A DNA stretch of 64,000 nt from Mobula birostris (taxonomy: Eukaryota): NCBI RefSeq assembly GCF_030028105.1, contig NC_092401.1:7722984-7786983 (forward strand), read 5' to 3'. The notes under the pieces are model-generated. The model had not been told where the DNA came from. It did not search any database and saw only the letters and a list, made by a program, of their open reading frames with translations. Numbering within the stretch: the stretch's first letter is position 1; each line of letters begins with the position of its first letter. Positions 35,265 through 48,380 of this stretch are shown here, one piece after another. The position numbers and the translations under genes were made by a program.

Positions 35265-36970
35265 TGTCAGGCCACTGAAGTAGGGACCCGATCACAGACC
35301 CAGTACTGTGCACACAATGGTATTAACTGAGTAACAAACCATAATGTGCAAACAAAGTCAGTGACAAAGTTCAGGCAGAGATCAAAGCAGCCAGAGAAAT
35401 CCAAAAACCAGAATCAGGAAACAGGCAGAGTCGATATTCAGACAGACAGACAGACAGAGTACAGATACAAATACTGGGAAGACTCAGGAAAATTCACTGG
35501 CACAATCTGGCTACAAACAGGTGAAAACACAGGACTGAAATACACTGAGAATAAACAGAGAGGCAGATGATAGGTGGAGCACAATGAGACACAGGTGGCA
35601 GCAATACAGGTAATAATGAGAAGCCGATGAAAGACGGAGTACTCAGTAATACAGGGGCCGGAGTAGAGCAGGAGCAGGGACAGGAGCACATGGCAATACA
35701 AAACCACAGACTAATGGCTTGGGGGGAAAACACACAAAAGGACAAAGTTCAACTGGAGGTACTGACAGTACCCTGACCCCCACGGATGCCTCCTGGCATC
35801 ACGGCAGGGAGATGAAAGTGCTGGTGATGAAAGTCCCTGATGAGAGAGGGGTCCCAGGTGTTATTGGTGGGGACCGTAGCCATACCAGTCCACAAGGTAC
35901 TGGAGGCCCCAGCTCCGACGATGAATGTCCAATAGTCGATGCACTGTGAAGGCCTCTGACCCATCGATGAGCTGTGGGGTGGGGTGGGGTTTGGGGACGG
36001 GGCATGGGGTGGCTCATGAAAGGCTTGATGCGGGACACATGGAAGGTGGGATGAATGCGGCGGAGAGTGGAGGGGAGCTTGAGACAGACGGCAGCAGGGC
36101 TGATGACTTTAGCAGTGAGAAACGGGATGATGAAGTGTGGGGGGAGGTGAGGTTGCGGGAATCCTTGAGGGGCACGCTGTCCCTGGCCGTTCCTTGGAGC
36201 GATGGCGGTCAGTTTGATGCTTAATCCTAGCTGAGGCACGGAGAAGGGCAGAGCAAATGTGCCTCTGCGTCCACTGACAACGGCGGATGGAACATCAACC
36301 TCCTCCTCCTGGGCAGGAAACAGGGGAGGTTGGTGGCCAAGGCAGCACTGAAAAGGGGACAGACCAGTGGATGAGGACGGATGAGAGTTTATGGTGTACT
36401 CAGCCCAGGGTATCTGCTGACTCCACGCAGAGGGTTTCTGGGAGACAAGACACCATAATACTGTCTCTAGCTGTTAGTTGGCCTGCTCAGTCTGGCCATT
36501 GGTCTGTGGGTGGAATCCTGAAGACAGACTCACAGAGGCGCCCAGAAGATTACAGAATGCCCTCCAGAAGTTGGATGTGAATTGAGAGCCCCTGTCTGAC
36601 ACAACATCTACAGGTAAACTATGTAATTTAAAAACGTGCAGTACTAGTAAACTGGCTGTTTCTTTGGCAGAGGGGAGTTTAGGTAAAGGAATGAAGCATA
36701 CAGACTTGGAGAAACAATCACCTACTGTGAGAATGGTGCTGTTACCATCAGGTGGGGGAAGACCGGTGACAAAATCCAGGGCAATGTGGGACCAGGGTCT
36801 CTTGGGGATAGAGGGGTTGTAACAGACCAGTGGGTGACCGGTTAGAGTTCTTGCCTTGAGCACAAACAGAGCAGACTGAGACAAAGTTGCGGATGTCATC
36901 TCCCATGGAGGACCATCAGAACTGCTGACTGAGAAGGCCTGAGTACGCTTGGTTCCAGGGTGTTATGATG
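35265..36970 (-). mobile_element. Gypsy (chromovirus-like) 3' part: integrase/chromodomain, PPT and 3' LTR (35265-35767)
   Basis: [14 protein letters not shown]...[20 protein letters not shown]; PPT gggggtcagggtac; same LTR family as 17882-18372. Confidence 0.9.
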
Positions 36971-39548
36971 GCTTCAATCCAGAAAGTTGACAAATTTGAT
37001 AGAGCTAATGAAGACTGGGATTTGTAGATCGAAAGGGTTAAACTCTGTTGTAACACAGACAACATGGAGGAGCAAAGGAAAGCATCTACACTTCTTAGCT
37101 TAATGGGAGCAAGAATGGACAGTCTCTTATGCAATTTAGTAACCCCTGCAAAGCCAGAAAGCAAGGTGTTCGACGAAATTGTTACAATTTTACAAGGTCA
37201 CTTGAGGCCTAAACTGCTGGCAATAGCTGAGAGATGTAGATTTTACAAAAGGAACTTGTAAAAAGATGAAAGCATTTCCGAATACATTGCAGAACTTTGC
37301 AAACCTTCCCAGTACTGTGACTTTAGAGATGGACTTTCTGATGCATTAAGGGACAGGATTATATGTGGATTGCATAGTCAAAGCACTCAGAAGAGTCTAC
37401 TGTTTGAAAGGCACCTAACCTTAGCACAGGCATTGACCATTGCAATATCGTTAGAGACTGCAGCAAAGGAAGCAGCAGAACTACAGAAAAGGAAATTAGA
37501 ATGTGAAATGCACAAAATGTCCCTGAATAGTGTAAAAAGCCAAAGATGTTATCGATGTGGCAAATCCTCCCATGATGCAAATGACTGTTGCTTCAAAGAA
37601 AAAGTTTGCAAAGGGTGTCACAGACAAGGTCATACAGAGAGAATGTGCAAAGCAGACAAAAAGCATAACCGAGTGAAAAGTCTCAGACACAAAACTAAGC
37701 AAATGCATAAAGTTACCAAATGCAAAACAGAATCAGACAACATAGAGTATGACAAAGGTGAACTGGCATGCCTAGAACTGCATAGTATAAATGAAGCAGA
37801 TCACAAAATCATTTGGACCACAATAGATGTGTCCAGTGTAAAACTGAAAATGGAGCTGGATACAGGGTTAGTTTTGTCCAGAATTCCATAGGCTGACTAC
37901 AACAGACTGTTTCTAAGATACCATTAGAGAAGACCTCAGTGATACTAAAGACTTACACAGGTAAAAAAAAAGTGACTCCCAATGGCAAACTGTAAGTAAA
38001 TGTGGTGTATGGAGCTAAACAACAGAGCTTTATGTATTGAAAAGTGGAGGGCCAGCACTTTTCGGATGTGTATGGTTAAGAAAAATCCAACTAGACTGGC
38101 ACTCAATCAAAGCTCTCAGTGTGACATCAATGACAACAGCCCATATAGTAACACTAACCAGAGACTGTCACAGTTGCTTAATGCTAATCAGACGGTGTTT
38201 AAGAAGGGAATGGATAAACAGATTAAACACCTGACCAAACACTGTTTGGGATGCCAAAAAGTTCAAATTGCTCCGCCACAGGCACTGTTACACCCTTGGG
38301 AGTGGCCACCATCACCATGGCAAAGAGTGCATATTGACTTTGCTGGGCCATTCATGGATTCCATGTGTCTAATTGCTGTGGATGCTCATCCAAAGTGGCT
38401 GAAGGTTATACCAATGAAGTCAACACCTCAGCAAACACTGTTTCCACTCTGAGGACTATCTTCACCAGAAATGACTGACCAAAGCAAATTAGGAATGATA
38501 ATGGATAACAATACACATTTGAAGAATTCCAACTGTTAAGAAGAAAAATGGCATCAGACATTTCAAGTCAGCTCCTCACCAACCAGCAACGAATGGGTTA
38601 GCTGATAGGTTAATCCAAACATTCAAGAAGTCTATTAAAACAGTAGACAAGGAGGACATTTCTCTACAACACAAAGTGGACAACTTCCTTTTTGTTTATT
38701 GGAAATCTGTTCATGTGATGACAAATCAAACACCAGCAATGCTGTTCATGAGCAGGAATCTGAGATTTTGCATTGATCTCCTGAAACCAGTCCTGTGGTG
38801 GGAAGTGCAGAATGAAGAGTTCAACCAGTTGCCAAGTGAAGCAGCAAGGAGCTTGGAGATTGGACAGGAAGTCTTAGTGCATGAATACCAAGAAAACAAG
38901 TGGACGCCTGGTAGGATAGCTAAAGGAACTGGACCACTGATGTACACAGTGGATCTTGGGATCAGACACGGAGACGTTATGTGGACCAGATACTGGATGC
39001 TCAATTGGAGAATACACCTGAGTTGATTTTATCCAAGACATTTTACTGTCACTGGACTTACCTCTCAGTGATGATCATGTTACCGACAGCAACGTGACAC
39101 CGGAAACCGAGAACGTTGCCGTTACCAAGACAGCTACCAAACCCGATACCACTCCACCTGTCCAGGGGCACTATCCTGAAACAAAGCACAGCATCGCCCA
39201 AAAGACTGAACCTTCAGAACTGTGAAGTTAGTTATGGACAGTTATTGTGAAAGCATGTTTATTTGGAATATGGGTTTATGAAAGGGAAATGGAATGTTTT
39301 GTACCTATAGATTTATGTTGCATTAATCCAAAAGGGGAGGAAGTGTAATGTATGGATCTATTTCTTTTACAGCAATGACCCCCCCCCCACCCCTTAGCAC
39401 GATATATCGATCTGTTGTCTGTGCATTCACCGTTGTCTACACATGCGCATTGTTCTCTCTCTCACTGCAATGTGAATACACCAGTTAAAGCCATCTCCGA
39501 TGTTCATACTTCTATTTAATCGATATGTAGTTGTGATCTGACACAACA
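36965..39548 (+). mobile_element. Gypsy (Mag/K02A2.6-like) degenerate element lacking its 5' LTR; 3' LTR 39344-39548
   Basis: gag with CYRCGKSSHDANDC knuckle, protease ELDTG, integrase PWQRVHIDFAGPF, PPT aaaaggggaggaag then TGTAAT...CAACA. Confidence 0.9.
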
Positions 39549-40617
39549 CTATCTCAAGTTCTACACTTATTGTTGAGGGAATTGCCACAGGTGTATTCTG
39601 TACTGGCTGTGCATTCCCCTCCTTCTCCTGACAGTCACCCAGTTATCTGTCTCCTGCAACTTAGGGGTGACTACCTCTCTGTAGCACTTGTCTATCACCT
39701 CCTCATTCTCCTGTATGAGTCAAAGGTTATCGAGCTGCACCTCTAATTCCTTAAAACGTTCTCTATGTGCTTGTTACATTGAATGTGCAGGAACCAGTCC
39801 TCAAGCCGTGGTGTGGAGTGGTGACCAGGCTGGAGTGGGTGCTGCCTTCCCCCTCCCCCCGACCAGTGTTCAATCAGCAGAAGACAAACTATATTGTGGT
39901 CATCTGCAGATTTTGACAGCATTGGATGGCTTGAATTTGGACTCATATTAAGCGGCTGTATCTGTCTACCTTATACATGCAATGTGTGCTTTGCATTGTG
40001 TGTGACTGTTGGTACTGTTTTTAGAACCTTGACCCCAGTGTTAACACTATCTCATTTGGCTGTGATCATGTATGGTTGGTACTGTGCTTAGCACCTTTAT
40101 ATATCCATTCAGAATTCAGATGGCAGAAGGGAAGAAGCTGTTCCTGGATCACTGAGTGTGTGCCTTCAAGCTGCTGTACCTTCATCCTGATGGTAGCAAT
40201 GAGAACAAGGCATATCCCGGGTGATGGGGGTCTTTACTGATGGATGCCACCTTCTTCAGTCATCGCTCCTTGAAGACATCCTAGATACTATGGAACTGGT
40301 ACCCATGATGGAGCTGACTATGTTTACAACACTCTGCAGCCTACTTGGATCCTGTGCAGTTCCCACCCCTCTCCCCTAATACCAGACAGCAATGCAGGCA
40401 GTTAGAATGCTCTCCACGGTACATATTGTTTTTGAAGTCATACCAAATCTCCTCAAGCTCCTAATGAAATACAGCCACTGGTACGCCTTCTTTGTAGCTG
40501 CAGGAAAATGTTGGATCCAAGTTAGATCACCAGAGATATTGACACCCAAGAACTTCTGCTTGGTCTTATCCCTGATTTATTCTCCACCATTATCACAGTA
40601 TTAAGCTCAGTTGCATA

Positions 40618-40948
40618 CAGTCGGCTCCTTATCCACGGGGGATTGGTTCCGGGACCCCCCACGGATACCAAAAAACATGGATGCTCAAGTCCATTATATA
40701 AAATGGCGTAGTATTTACATNNNNNNNNNNNNNNNNNNNNNNNNNNNNNNNNNNNNNNNNNNNNNNNNNNNNNNNNNNNNNNNNNNNNNNNNNNNNNNNN
40801 NNNNNNNNNNNNNNNNNNNNNNNNNNNNNNNNNNNNNNNNNNNNNNNNNCTCAAACAATGTGTGCTGGAGAGAGAACCTCCAGATTTTCCTGATCCGCAG
40901 TTGCCTGAATCCGCACATGCGGAACCCACGGATAAGGAGGGCTGACTG
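40618..40948. mobile_element. MER2-like Tigger MITE containing a 129-N gap (40721-40849)
   Basis: TA|CAGTCGGCTCCTTATCC...GGATAAGGAGGGCTGACTG|TA. Confidence 0.85.
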
Positions 40949-41569
40949 TACTTTATGTTCAGGCAGCATCTATGGAAAGAAATAAAGTCAATGTTTTGTG
41001 CTGTGGCCCTTTATCAGGACTGGATATTAAATTCCATTAATTTATTAATTATGAATTTTCTGACCTGCTGAGTTCCCCCAGCACGTTGTATCTGTGGAAC
41101 AGAAAACTGTGATGAATTCTTGTTGATAGTCCTTCCTTCGGTTTGATCTTCAGTTCAGTTGGTGGATGGGAAAGTTGGGAGCTCGATGATTTTCAATTCT
41201 GAATCCTACAATCCGGTGGCTACACAATGTTTGTGAGAATCGCAAGACCAGTTCCTTCATTGGCCCAACACTATGTGGTGTGACACAGCAACATATCTTT
41301 CCTGACCTGAGACTCTCTGAACATTATTTCTCCATTTCTGCAGAATTGTTTCTGTACGATGTCAATATCTAAACCCCTCTCAGACTGTGAACTCATTGTG
41401 GGGGAGTGAAGTGTAAATCCATTTCCCAGCAGGCTGTTCTCTACCTCACCTGGTTCACAACAGCATCTTTCTGTGTAACATTTTCAAGTGAAACTTAATT
41501 TCATTTTGCTTCCTTTCATCCTGTTATACTCTGCTATGGGATGTGTTCAGAACAAGATATTTCACTTAC

Positions 41570-41834
41570 TGTACACTGGGACCACACGTTTGTCCTCCTG
41601 CAGATAGACAGATTACAGCACAGGGCACTGGGAAATCCCATTTCTGGACACTCGGAAATAGGTCTGTAATCCACTTATCACTGTGATTTCTGATGGGATT
41701 TATCCCTGGTTTATATTCCAGAACCATCATCGATGGGTTGTCATACATTGTACTGCAGTTCACCTCCAGGGAGTGTCCAAATTCCACCATTCGGGGGTTT
41801 GTTTTGACTGATACCTCAAATCCCTTCAGTTTAT
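41570..41834 (-). CDS. Ig domain 1 exon (ICAM D1-like), 265 nt with a +1 frameshift
   Basis: ctggcag|AT...TAC A|gtaagt; VNCSTMYDNPSMMVLEY...PCAVIC; the terminal EDKRVVPVY strand is in a shifted frame. Confidence 0.85.
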
Positions 41835-43261
41835 CTGCCAGAGACACACATGGAAATGGAATTTGTTCAGTGAAGTGTTGTGTGCAGTTCAATCTCAGCT
41901 GAGAATGGATAGACTTACCGTTCAGGCAGTGAGGGGACGGTTCACCAGACTGATTCCGGGTATGGCAGGACGGGCGTATGAAGAGAGATTGAGTCAATTC
42001 TGCCCACTTACATGAAGGTTTGGAATACTTAGTGAAGATTGAATCAAATATATGACATTTTGACAGATCTCAAGAGATTGAATGCAGGAGATATACTTTC
42101 CCTGGCTGAGGAGAGTAAACAAAGGATTGCATTTTTGGGATGCAGGGTGATGTGTGGAGAAAAATCTTCAGACAAACGTAGTGAAGGGCACCTAGTCTAT
42201 GCAGTTAGTTTCCTGTCTATTTCCACATAATATAAATGTTTGTCACCGTAATTTTGGTCCTGTTGTGTTCAAACAGAAGGAATATTTTCAAGTCAGGAAG
42301 ATATTAAATGTCACTCTGTTCTAACATGGGTGGATTTGATTTGACTCCTCCCTAAGACATGATTTGCAGAGACATGCCAAATTGCAGTTTCAGGACAGAG
42401 GGATCGAGTTGTGGAGAAAAATTTTCAGACATGTAGAGAAAGGTCAAGTCACTGAATGTATTCAAGAAGGGAGAGGTAGAATTTGAGACCTCAATGACAC
42501 ATGGAGTTATTTAGAGGACACAGGACACTTGTCGTTCAACACTCAGGACTGAAGATTATTTAATATCATTTCCTGTACACAAGTGTAAAGGGGAACAAAA
42601 TAATTGTTAGTCCGGATCCAATGCAGGTGAAAGAGAAAACACGAAAGATAAAACCACACAATAATAATTTTAAAAATAATAAATATAACTACATAAGATG
42701 GCTTATTTACACAGATTGATTGTATGTCCATAAAGCAACGTTAGGCTATACAAAGGTGACTTACAAGAAAAAATAAAGTACTGATGGAGTTTGTGGTGAA
42801 GGTGTTGATCAGCCTTACTGTTTGGGGAACGTGTCTGTTTTTGAAATTCAAAAGTTCAAAGGTAAATATTTTTATCAAACTTTGTATGCAGAATACAACT
42901 CTGAGATTTGTCTTCTCCAGATAGCCATAAAATTCTGAAAAGTATGTTGAAAGAAAGATATTAATCCTCCCTCAGTTTTACTCCACCACCCTGCCCCCAC
43001 ACACAAGAAAAAGAAACATATACTCGCAAACCTGAAACCCCCCACCTCACCCCTCCCTCATTCAAAAAGTAACAGATCACCCACATGGAGAAACAACAGC
43101 AAAGAAACAAACCCCAAACTCCCATCCACCAATCGGCAACAAGAGAGAATGGGCAAAATCACACAAAAAAAATCATAGAACGGAAAGAGGCCAAAGTGAA
43201 CTAAAGCCCAATCCAAAATTATCAGAATATCGATTGCATCTCTGAGAGCACTGGGACCTAG

Positions 43262-43400
43262 AAGCCCCTCCCAGGGCAGTGACATGAACCAGCAGCCCCT
43301 CCCAGGGCAGTGACATGAACCCACAGCCCCTCTCCCAGGGCAGTGACATGAACCAGCAGTCCCTCCCAGGACAGTGACATGAACCCACAACCCCCTCTGA
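43262..43400. repeat. 30-32 bp tandem repeat (~4.5 copies)
   Basis: gcagcccctcccagggcagtgacatgaacc units. Confidence 0.9.
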
Positions 43401-43689
43401 GGACAGCGACTCGAAGCAGCGGCCCCTAAGAGAACCGCTCACTGTCCTCCAGATTTTCCTTGATGTTTCAATCTTCCTTGACGCTTCAATCAGCCAGATA
43501 TGGAGACAATCACAGCCCCTTGTCTCGTCTTCGAGCTTCTCCTCGTGGTAGCTCGTGTTTACGCTTCACTCCTGGAGTTCTCTCAGGGACAGCAGGGCGC
43601 GAACCCACTCAATTGAACTACAGACTGGAAGTCACAGGCTCCAACAGTTTCAAAAACAAAATTAGAATAAAAAGAAGAAGTTGAAGATG

Positions 43690-44510
43690 GAGAAAAACTG
43701 AAATGGTTGCTGGTCCTTGCTTGGGTGCTACGTATCCTCCTCCCTGATGGGGGTGGGACAAACAGTTCATGAGCAGGGTGGGTGGGATCCTTCAAGATGC
43801 TACTGGCCCTTTTCCGGCACCCCGGCTGGTGCAATGGACAGCCCTGACTATCTGTTGTAGGGCCTTCCCGTCCATCACGGTACAGTTTCTGTACTATACG
43901 GTGATACAGTTTGACAGGATGCTCTCTACTGCGCGTCTGTAGAATGCCATTTGTATGGATGTACAAAGTTCAGCTCTCTTCCACCTCCTCAGAAAGTAGA
44001 GGTGTTGATAAGCTTTCGTGACTCTGTAGGATGTGTTGTGGGACCACGAGAGGTTATCAGTGATGAACACTCCCAGGAGTTTGAAACCAATCGCAGTTTC
44101 CACCTCTCTGCCGCCGATGCAGTAAGGGGTGGAGTGGTGTGAGTTCTCCTGAAGTCCATAACCATCTCCTTTGTCTTGTTGATATTAAAGATGAGTTTAT
44201 TTTCCTGACACCAGTCCTTGAGCTCTTCGACCCCCTTTCTGTAGGTCATCTCATCGTTGTTGGTGATGAGTCCCACCACTGTTGTGTCGTTGGTGAACTT
44301 GACATTGTGATTGCTCAGGTGTTTGGCCATGAAGTCCTGTGTGAGCAGAGTGTACAGCAATGGGCTCACCCCGGGGGTGGAGGGCTGGGGGGAGAGCAGC
44401 TGTGTTGAGGATGATAGTGAAGGAGGAACGGTTGTGCACGCTGGCTCTCTGATATCTGTTTGTTAGGAAGTCCAACACCCCATTACATAGTGGTGTATCT
44501 GAGAAGTAGG
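43690..44510 (-). mobile_element. Rex1/Babar-type LINE fragment; orthologous copy at 61030-61810
   Basis: SPLLYTLLT...KFT(N/D)DTT.VGLITNNDE in both copies, with shared flanks. Confidence 0.85.
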
Positions 44511-46889
44511 AATTTGTTCACCAATGTCTATGCAGTTAGTTGCCTGCACCCCATTTCAATCTCCACACAATATAAATGTTTGTTAGTATAACAATGCCCT
44601 TTTCACATTAAAACAAAAAATATTGTCAGTCATCAGATCGTAAAGATACCACCGACTTCTAACACAAGTGGGTCTGTAGTGAAGATCTGTTTTCTAGGGA
44701 TGTCCAAACTAAAGGAAAGAACAATATCACGGAATAGTGCCAGAGAGCGGAGACATTTTGTGTGCAGCTCCCATTTCAATTATCGAGTATTCTTGTTTAA
44801 AACTGAACAGCTGAAATCTGCAGCCACAGACACTGCAGTTAGCAACATTGTTGAAAGTCCATCTCCTTGGCATTACGCGGGAGGGTGGGGGGTGGGTGGG
44901 GAACAGTGGGGGCTGGCTGGCTGCACAGAAGAGATTCATCAGGACCGGCGAGGCTCCAGATGGCTATGGATCAAGAGGTGAGACCCGTGGACCAGTGCTG
45001 CTGGGACACAAACCAGAGGCTATCGAACAAATGACGTAGTTCAAAGTGCTTTACACTGTGACAGAAGTACGAATATGAAGATAAAATAAAAGTAAACATG
45101 TCAGTAAAAGACAAAAAGATGTTGGTTAAGAGCAAGCTACATTAAATAGGTTTTGAGTTGTTATTTAAAAGTGTCAACTGTATCTGTACCCCTTATACTT
45201 TTAGGGACTGAATTCCACAGTTTATGAGCCTATTTTTTAAGCTGACCTGCCAATTATCTTTTGAGGGAGATTGTTTAAATTTCGGCAGAAGAAGACCTGA
45301 GAGCTTGGCAGAATTAAAAACGAAAGAGATTCTGTGATGTTCTCTAGTCCTAGACCATTTAAGAACAAGTAAGAGACTTTAAAAATAAATTGTAAATTGT
45401 ACAGGAAACCAATGCAGAATAGCTAGTATAGGAGTGATATGTTCCCTCATCCTGGTTTTTGGTAACAGTGGTGCTCTGACTGAGCTGAAGTTTGTCAGTA
45501 GATTGCTTTGGAAGGCCAGTGAAAAGTACATAGCAGTAATTTAGTCTTTTTGATGTAAGTGTTGCTGTGCCAGAGGAGATTGTTCACACATTGTGGTCAG
45601 TGGTCTGATACTCTCAGTGGCCACTTTATTCAGCACACCTGGACACCTGTTCATTAATGCAAATATCTAATCAGTGCAGAAACACAATGCATAAAAGCAT
45701 GTAGACATTGTCAAGAGGGCATGTCTGTCCCCCATCAGGAGGGTCTTAAAGCTCTCTGCTTCTTTCTGAACATCAGACCTGATCAGCTCCTCTCCATCAC
45801 CAATCTCCTCCATTCTCCTGAACTGGTCGTCACCTTCAATAATTTCTCATTTAGGTCCTCCCACTTCCTTCAAACCCAAGGTATAGCCATCTGCAGTCAC
45901 ATGGGTCCCAGCTATGCCTGCCATAACCGCCACCATCTCTAATGGGATCTCACCACCAATCACATCTTTCCATCCCCCTGACTTACCACAGGGACTGCTT
46001 CCTATGTGACTCCCTTGTCTACTCCTCCCACCCTATCAATCTCCCTCCTGCTAAATATCCTTGCACGTGGAATTAGTGCCTCACCTGCCCCTACACCTCC
46101 TCCCTCACTACCATCCGGGGCTCTGAACAATCCTTCAACACTTCACCTGTGAGTCTGTTGGAAGTCATCTACTGTATCTGGTGCTCCCAGTGTGGCCTCC
46201 CGTATATCAGCGAGACCTGACATAGGTTGGGAATCCACTTCATCGAGCACTTCACTCTGTGCACCACAGAAAGTGGAATTTCCCAGTGGCCACCCTTTTC
46301 AATTCTACTTTCCATTCCCATTCTGACATGTCAGTCCTTGGTCTATTCTACTGTCATGATGAGACCATACTCAAGTTGGAGGAGCAGCACCTAATATTCT
46401 GTCTGGGGTTCCTCCAACCTGTTGGCATGAACATCAATTTCTTGAACTTATGGTAATTGCACCCATCCTCTCCTTCAACGTTCCCCATTCTTGCTTCCTT
46501 CCAACACATTCTCTTCTTACTTGCCCATCATCTCCCTCTGGTTTCCCTTCCCCTTCCATTTCTTCCAAGGCCTTCGATTCTCTCCTATCAGATCCGATTC
46601 GGAGAAGTGCACAGACGCAGTCGCTCATCATCACACAAGGCCACTGAGAAGGTTCCGGGATAAAAAAGGAGTTACTGTCTAGTGGAGCATTTTCGGAGCA
46701 GCCTGAGTCAAGAGTAGTAGGGCTTTGATTCATCAGGGTTTCTGCAAGGATGGATCTAGGTGAGGTAAGGAGGTAAGTTACTTTCATATCTCTTTTTACC
46801 TCTAACTTAAGAATAGTGGATATGACTGCAAGGCCAGTTTTCTGCTCTGGGTGTCAGATGTGGGATATCCAGGAGACTTCCAGCCTCCC

Positions 46890-47860
46890 TACAATATATA
46901 TTAATGATTTAGATGAGGGAATTAAAAGTAACCTTAGCAAATTTGGTGATGACACAAAGCTGGGTGGCAGTGTGAAATGTGAGGGGGATGTTATGAGAAT
47001 GCAGGGTGACTTGGACAGGCTGGGTGAGTGGGCAGATTCATGGCAGATGCAGTTTAATGTGGATAAATGTGAGGTTATCCACTTTGGTGGTAAGAACGGG
47101 AAGGCAGATTATTATCTAAATGGAGTCAAGTTAGGAAAAGGGGAAGGACAACAAGATCTAGGTGTTCTTGTACATCAGTCACTGAAAACAAGCATGCAAG
47201 TACAGCAGGCAGTGAAGAAAGCTAATGGCATGCTGGCCTTCATAACAAGGGGAATTGAGTATAAGAGCAAAGAGGTCCTTCTGCAGCTGTACAGGGCCCT
47301 GGTGAATCCACACCTGGAGTACTGTGTGCAGTTTTGGTCTCCAAACTTGAGGAAGGACATTCTTGCTATTGAGGGAGTGCAGCGTAGGTTCACAAGGTTA
47401 ATTCCCGGGATGGCCGGACCGTCATATGTCGAAAGATTGGAGCGACTGGGCTTGTATACTCTGGAATTTAGAAGGCTGAGAGGAGATCTGATTGAAACAT
47501 ATAAGGTTATTAAGGGATTGGACACGCTGGAGGCAGGAAGCATGTTCCCGCTGATGGGTAAGTCCAGAACTCAGAGGCCACAGTTTAAGAATTAGGGGTA
47601 AGCCATTTAGAACGGAGTTGAGGAAAAGCTTTTTCACCCAGAGAGTGGTGGATATATGGAATGCTCTGCCCCAGAAGGCTGTGGAGGCCAAGTCTCTGGA
47701 TGGTTCAAAAAAGAGATGGATAGAGCTCTTAAAGGTAGCAGAAACAAAGGTTATGGGGATTAGGCAGGAACTGGATACTGATAGTGGATGATCAGCCATG
47801 ATCACCGTGAATGGTGGTGCTGGCTCAAAGGGCTGAATGGCCTACTCCTGCACCTATTGT
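46890..47860 (+). mobile_element. CR1 3' fragment inserted in ORF1 of the host CR1
   Basis: IYINDLDEG...KFGDDTK...LEYCVQFWSP open for ~235 codons; splits the ORF1 sequence. Confidence 0.85.
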
Positions 47861-48380
47861 CTGTTGTCCCTGATGGCCTCAGCTGCACCACGTGTATCGA
47901 GCTGCAGCTCCTTAGAGACCAAGTTAGGGAACTGGAGCTGCAACTTGATGATCTTCGGCCTGTTAGGGAAAGTGAGGAGGTGATCGAGCTACACGCAATA
48001 GTCACGCTGGGGACTATTAGGAGAGGGATGAGAGAGCATCAGGTAGTGGACAGAACCCTTGTGACTGTCCCCTTAACAATAAGTAAGCCATTTTGACTAC
48101 TGTTGGGGGGGGGGGGATGACCTACCTGGGGGAACCAACAGTGGCTGTGCCTCTGGCAGTGAGTCTGGCCCTGTGGCACAGAAGGGTAGGGAATGGAAAA
48201 GGATGGCAGCAGTAATAAGGGACTCCATAGTTAGGGTGATTCTGTGAGGGTAGAAAAGAAACACAGATGGTAGTTTGCCTCCCAGGTGCCAGGGTTTGTG
48301 ATGTATCTGAACGCGTCAACAATATGCTGAAAGGGGAGGGTGAGCAGCCAGGAGTCGTGGTAGACACTGGTACCAACGAC

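Noticed and set aside
17882-36970. The two same-family Gypsy fragments as one element split by an inversion
   Set aside because: Flanks gtgtg and cagag do not form a TSD, and the reciprocal breakpoint sequence (Mag 5' LTR) is absent at ~18800
41577-41583. Alternative donor CCA|GTGTAC that would make D1 258 nt and in frame
   Set aside because: Poor consensus, 7 nt from a perfect GTAAGT donor, and it would drop the conserved V-Y end of the domain
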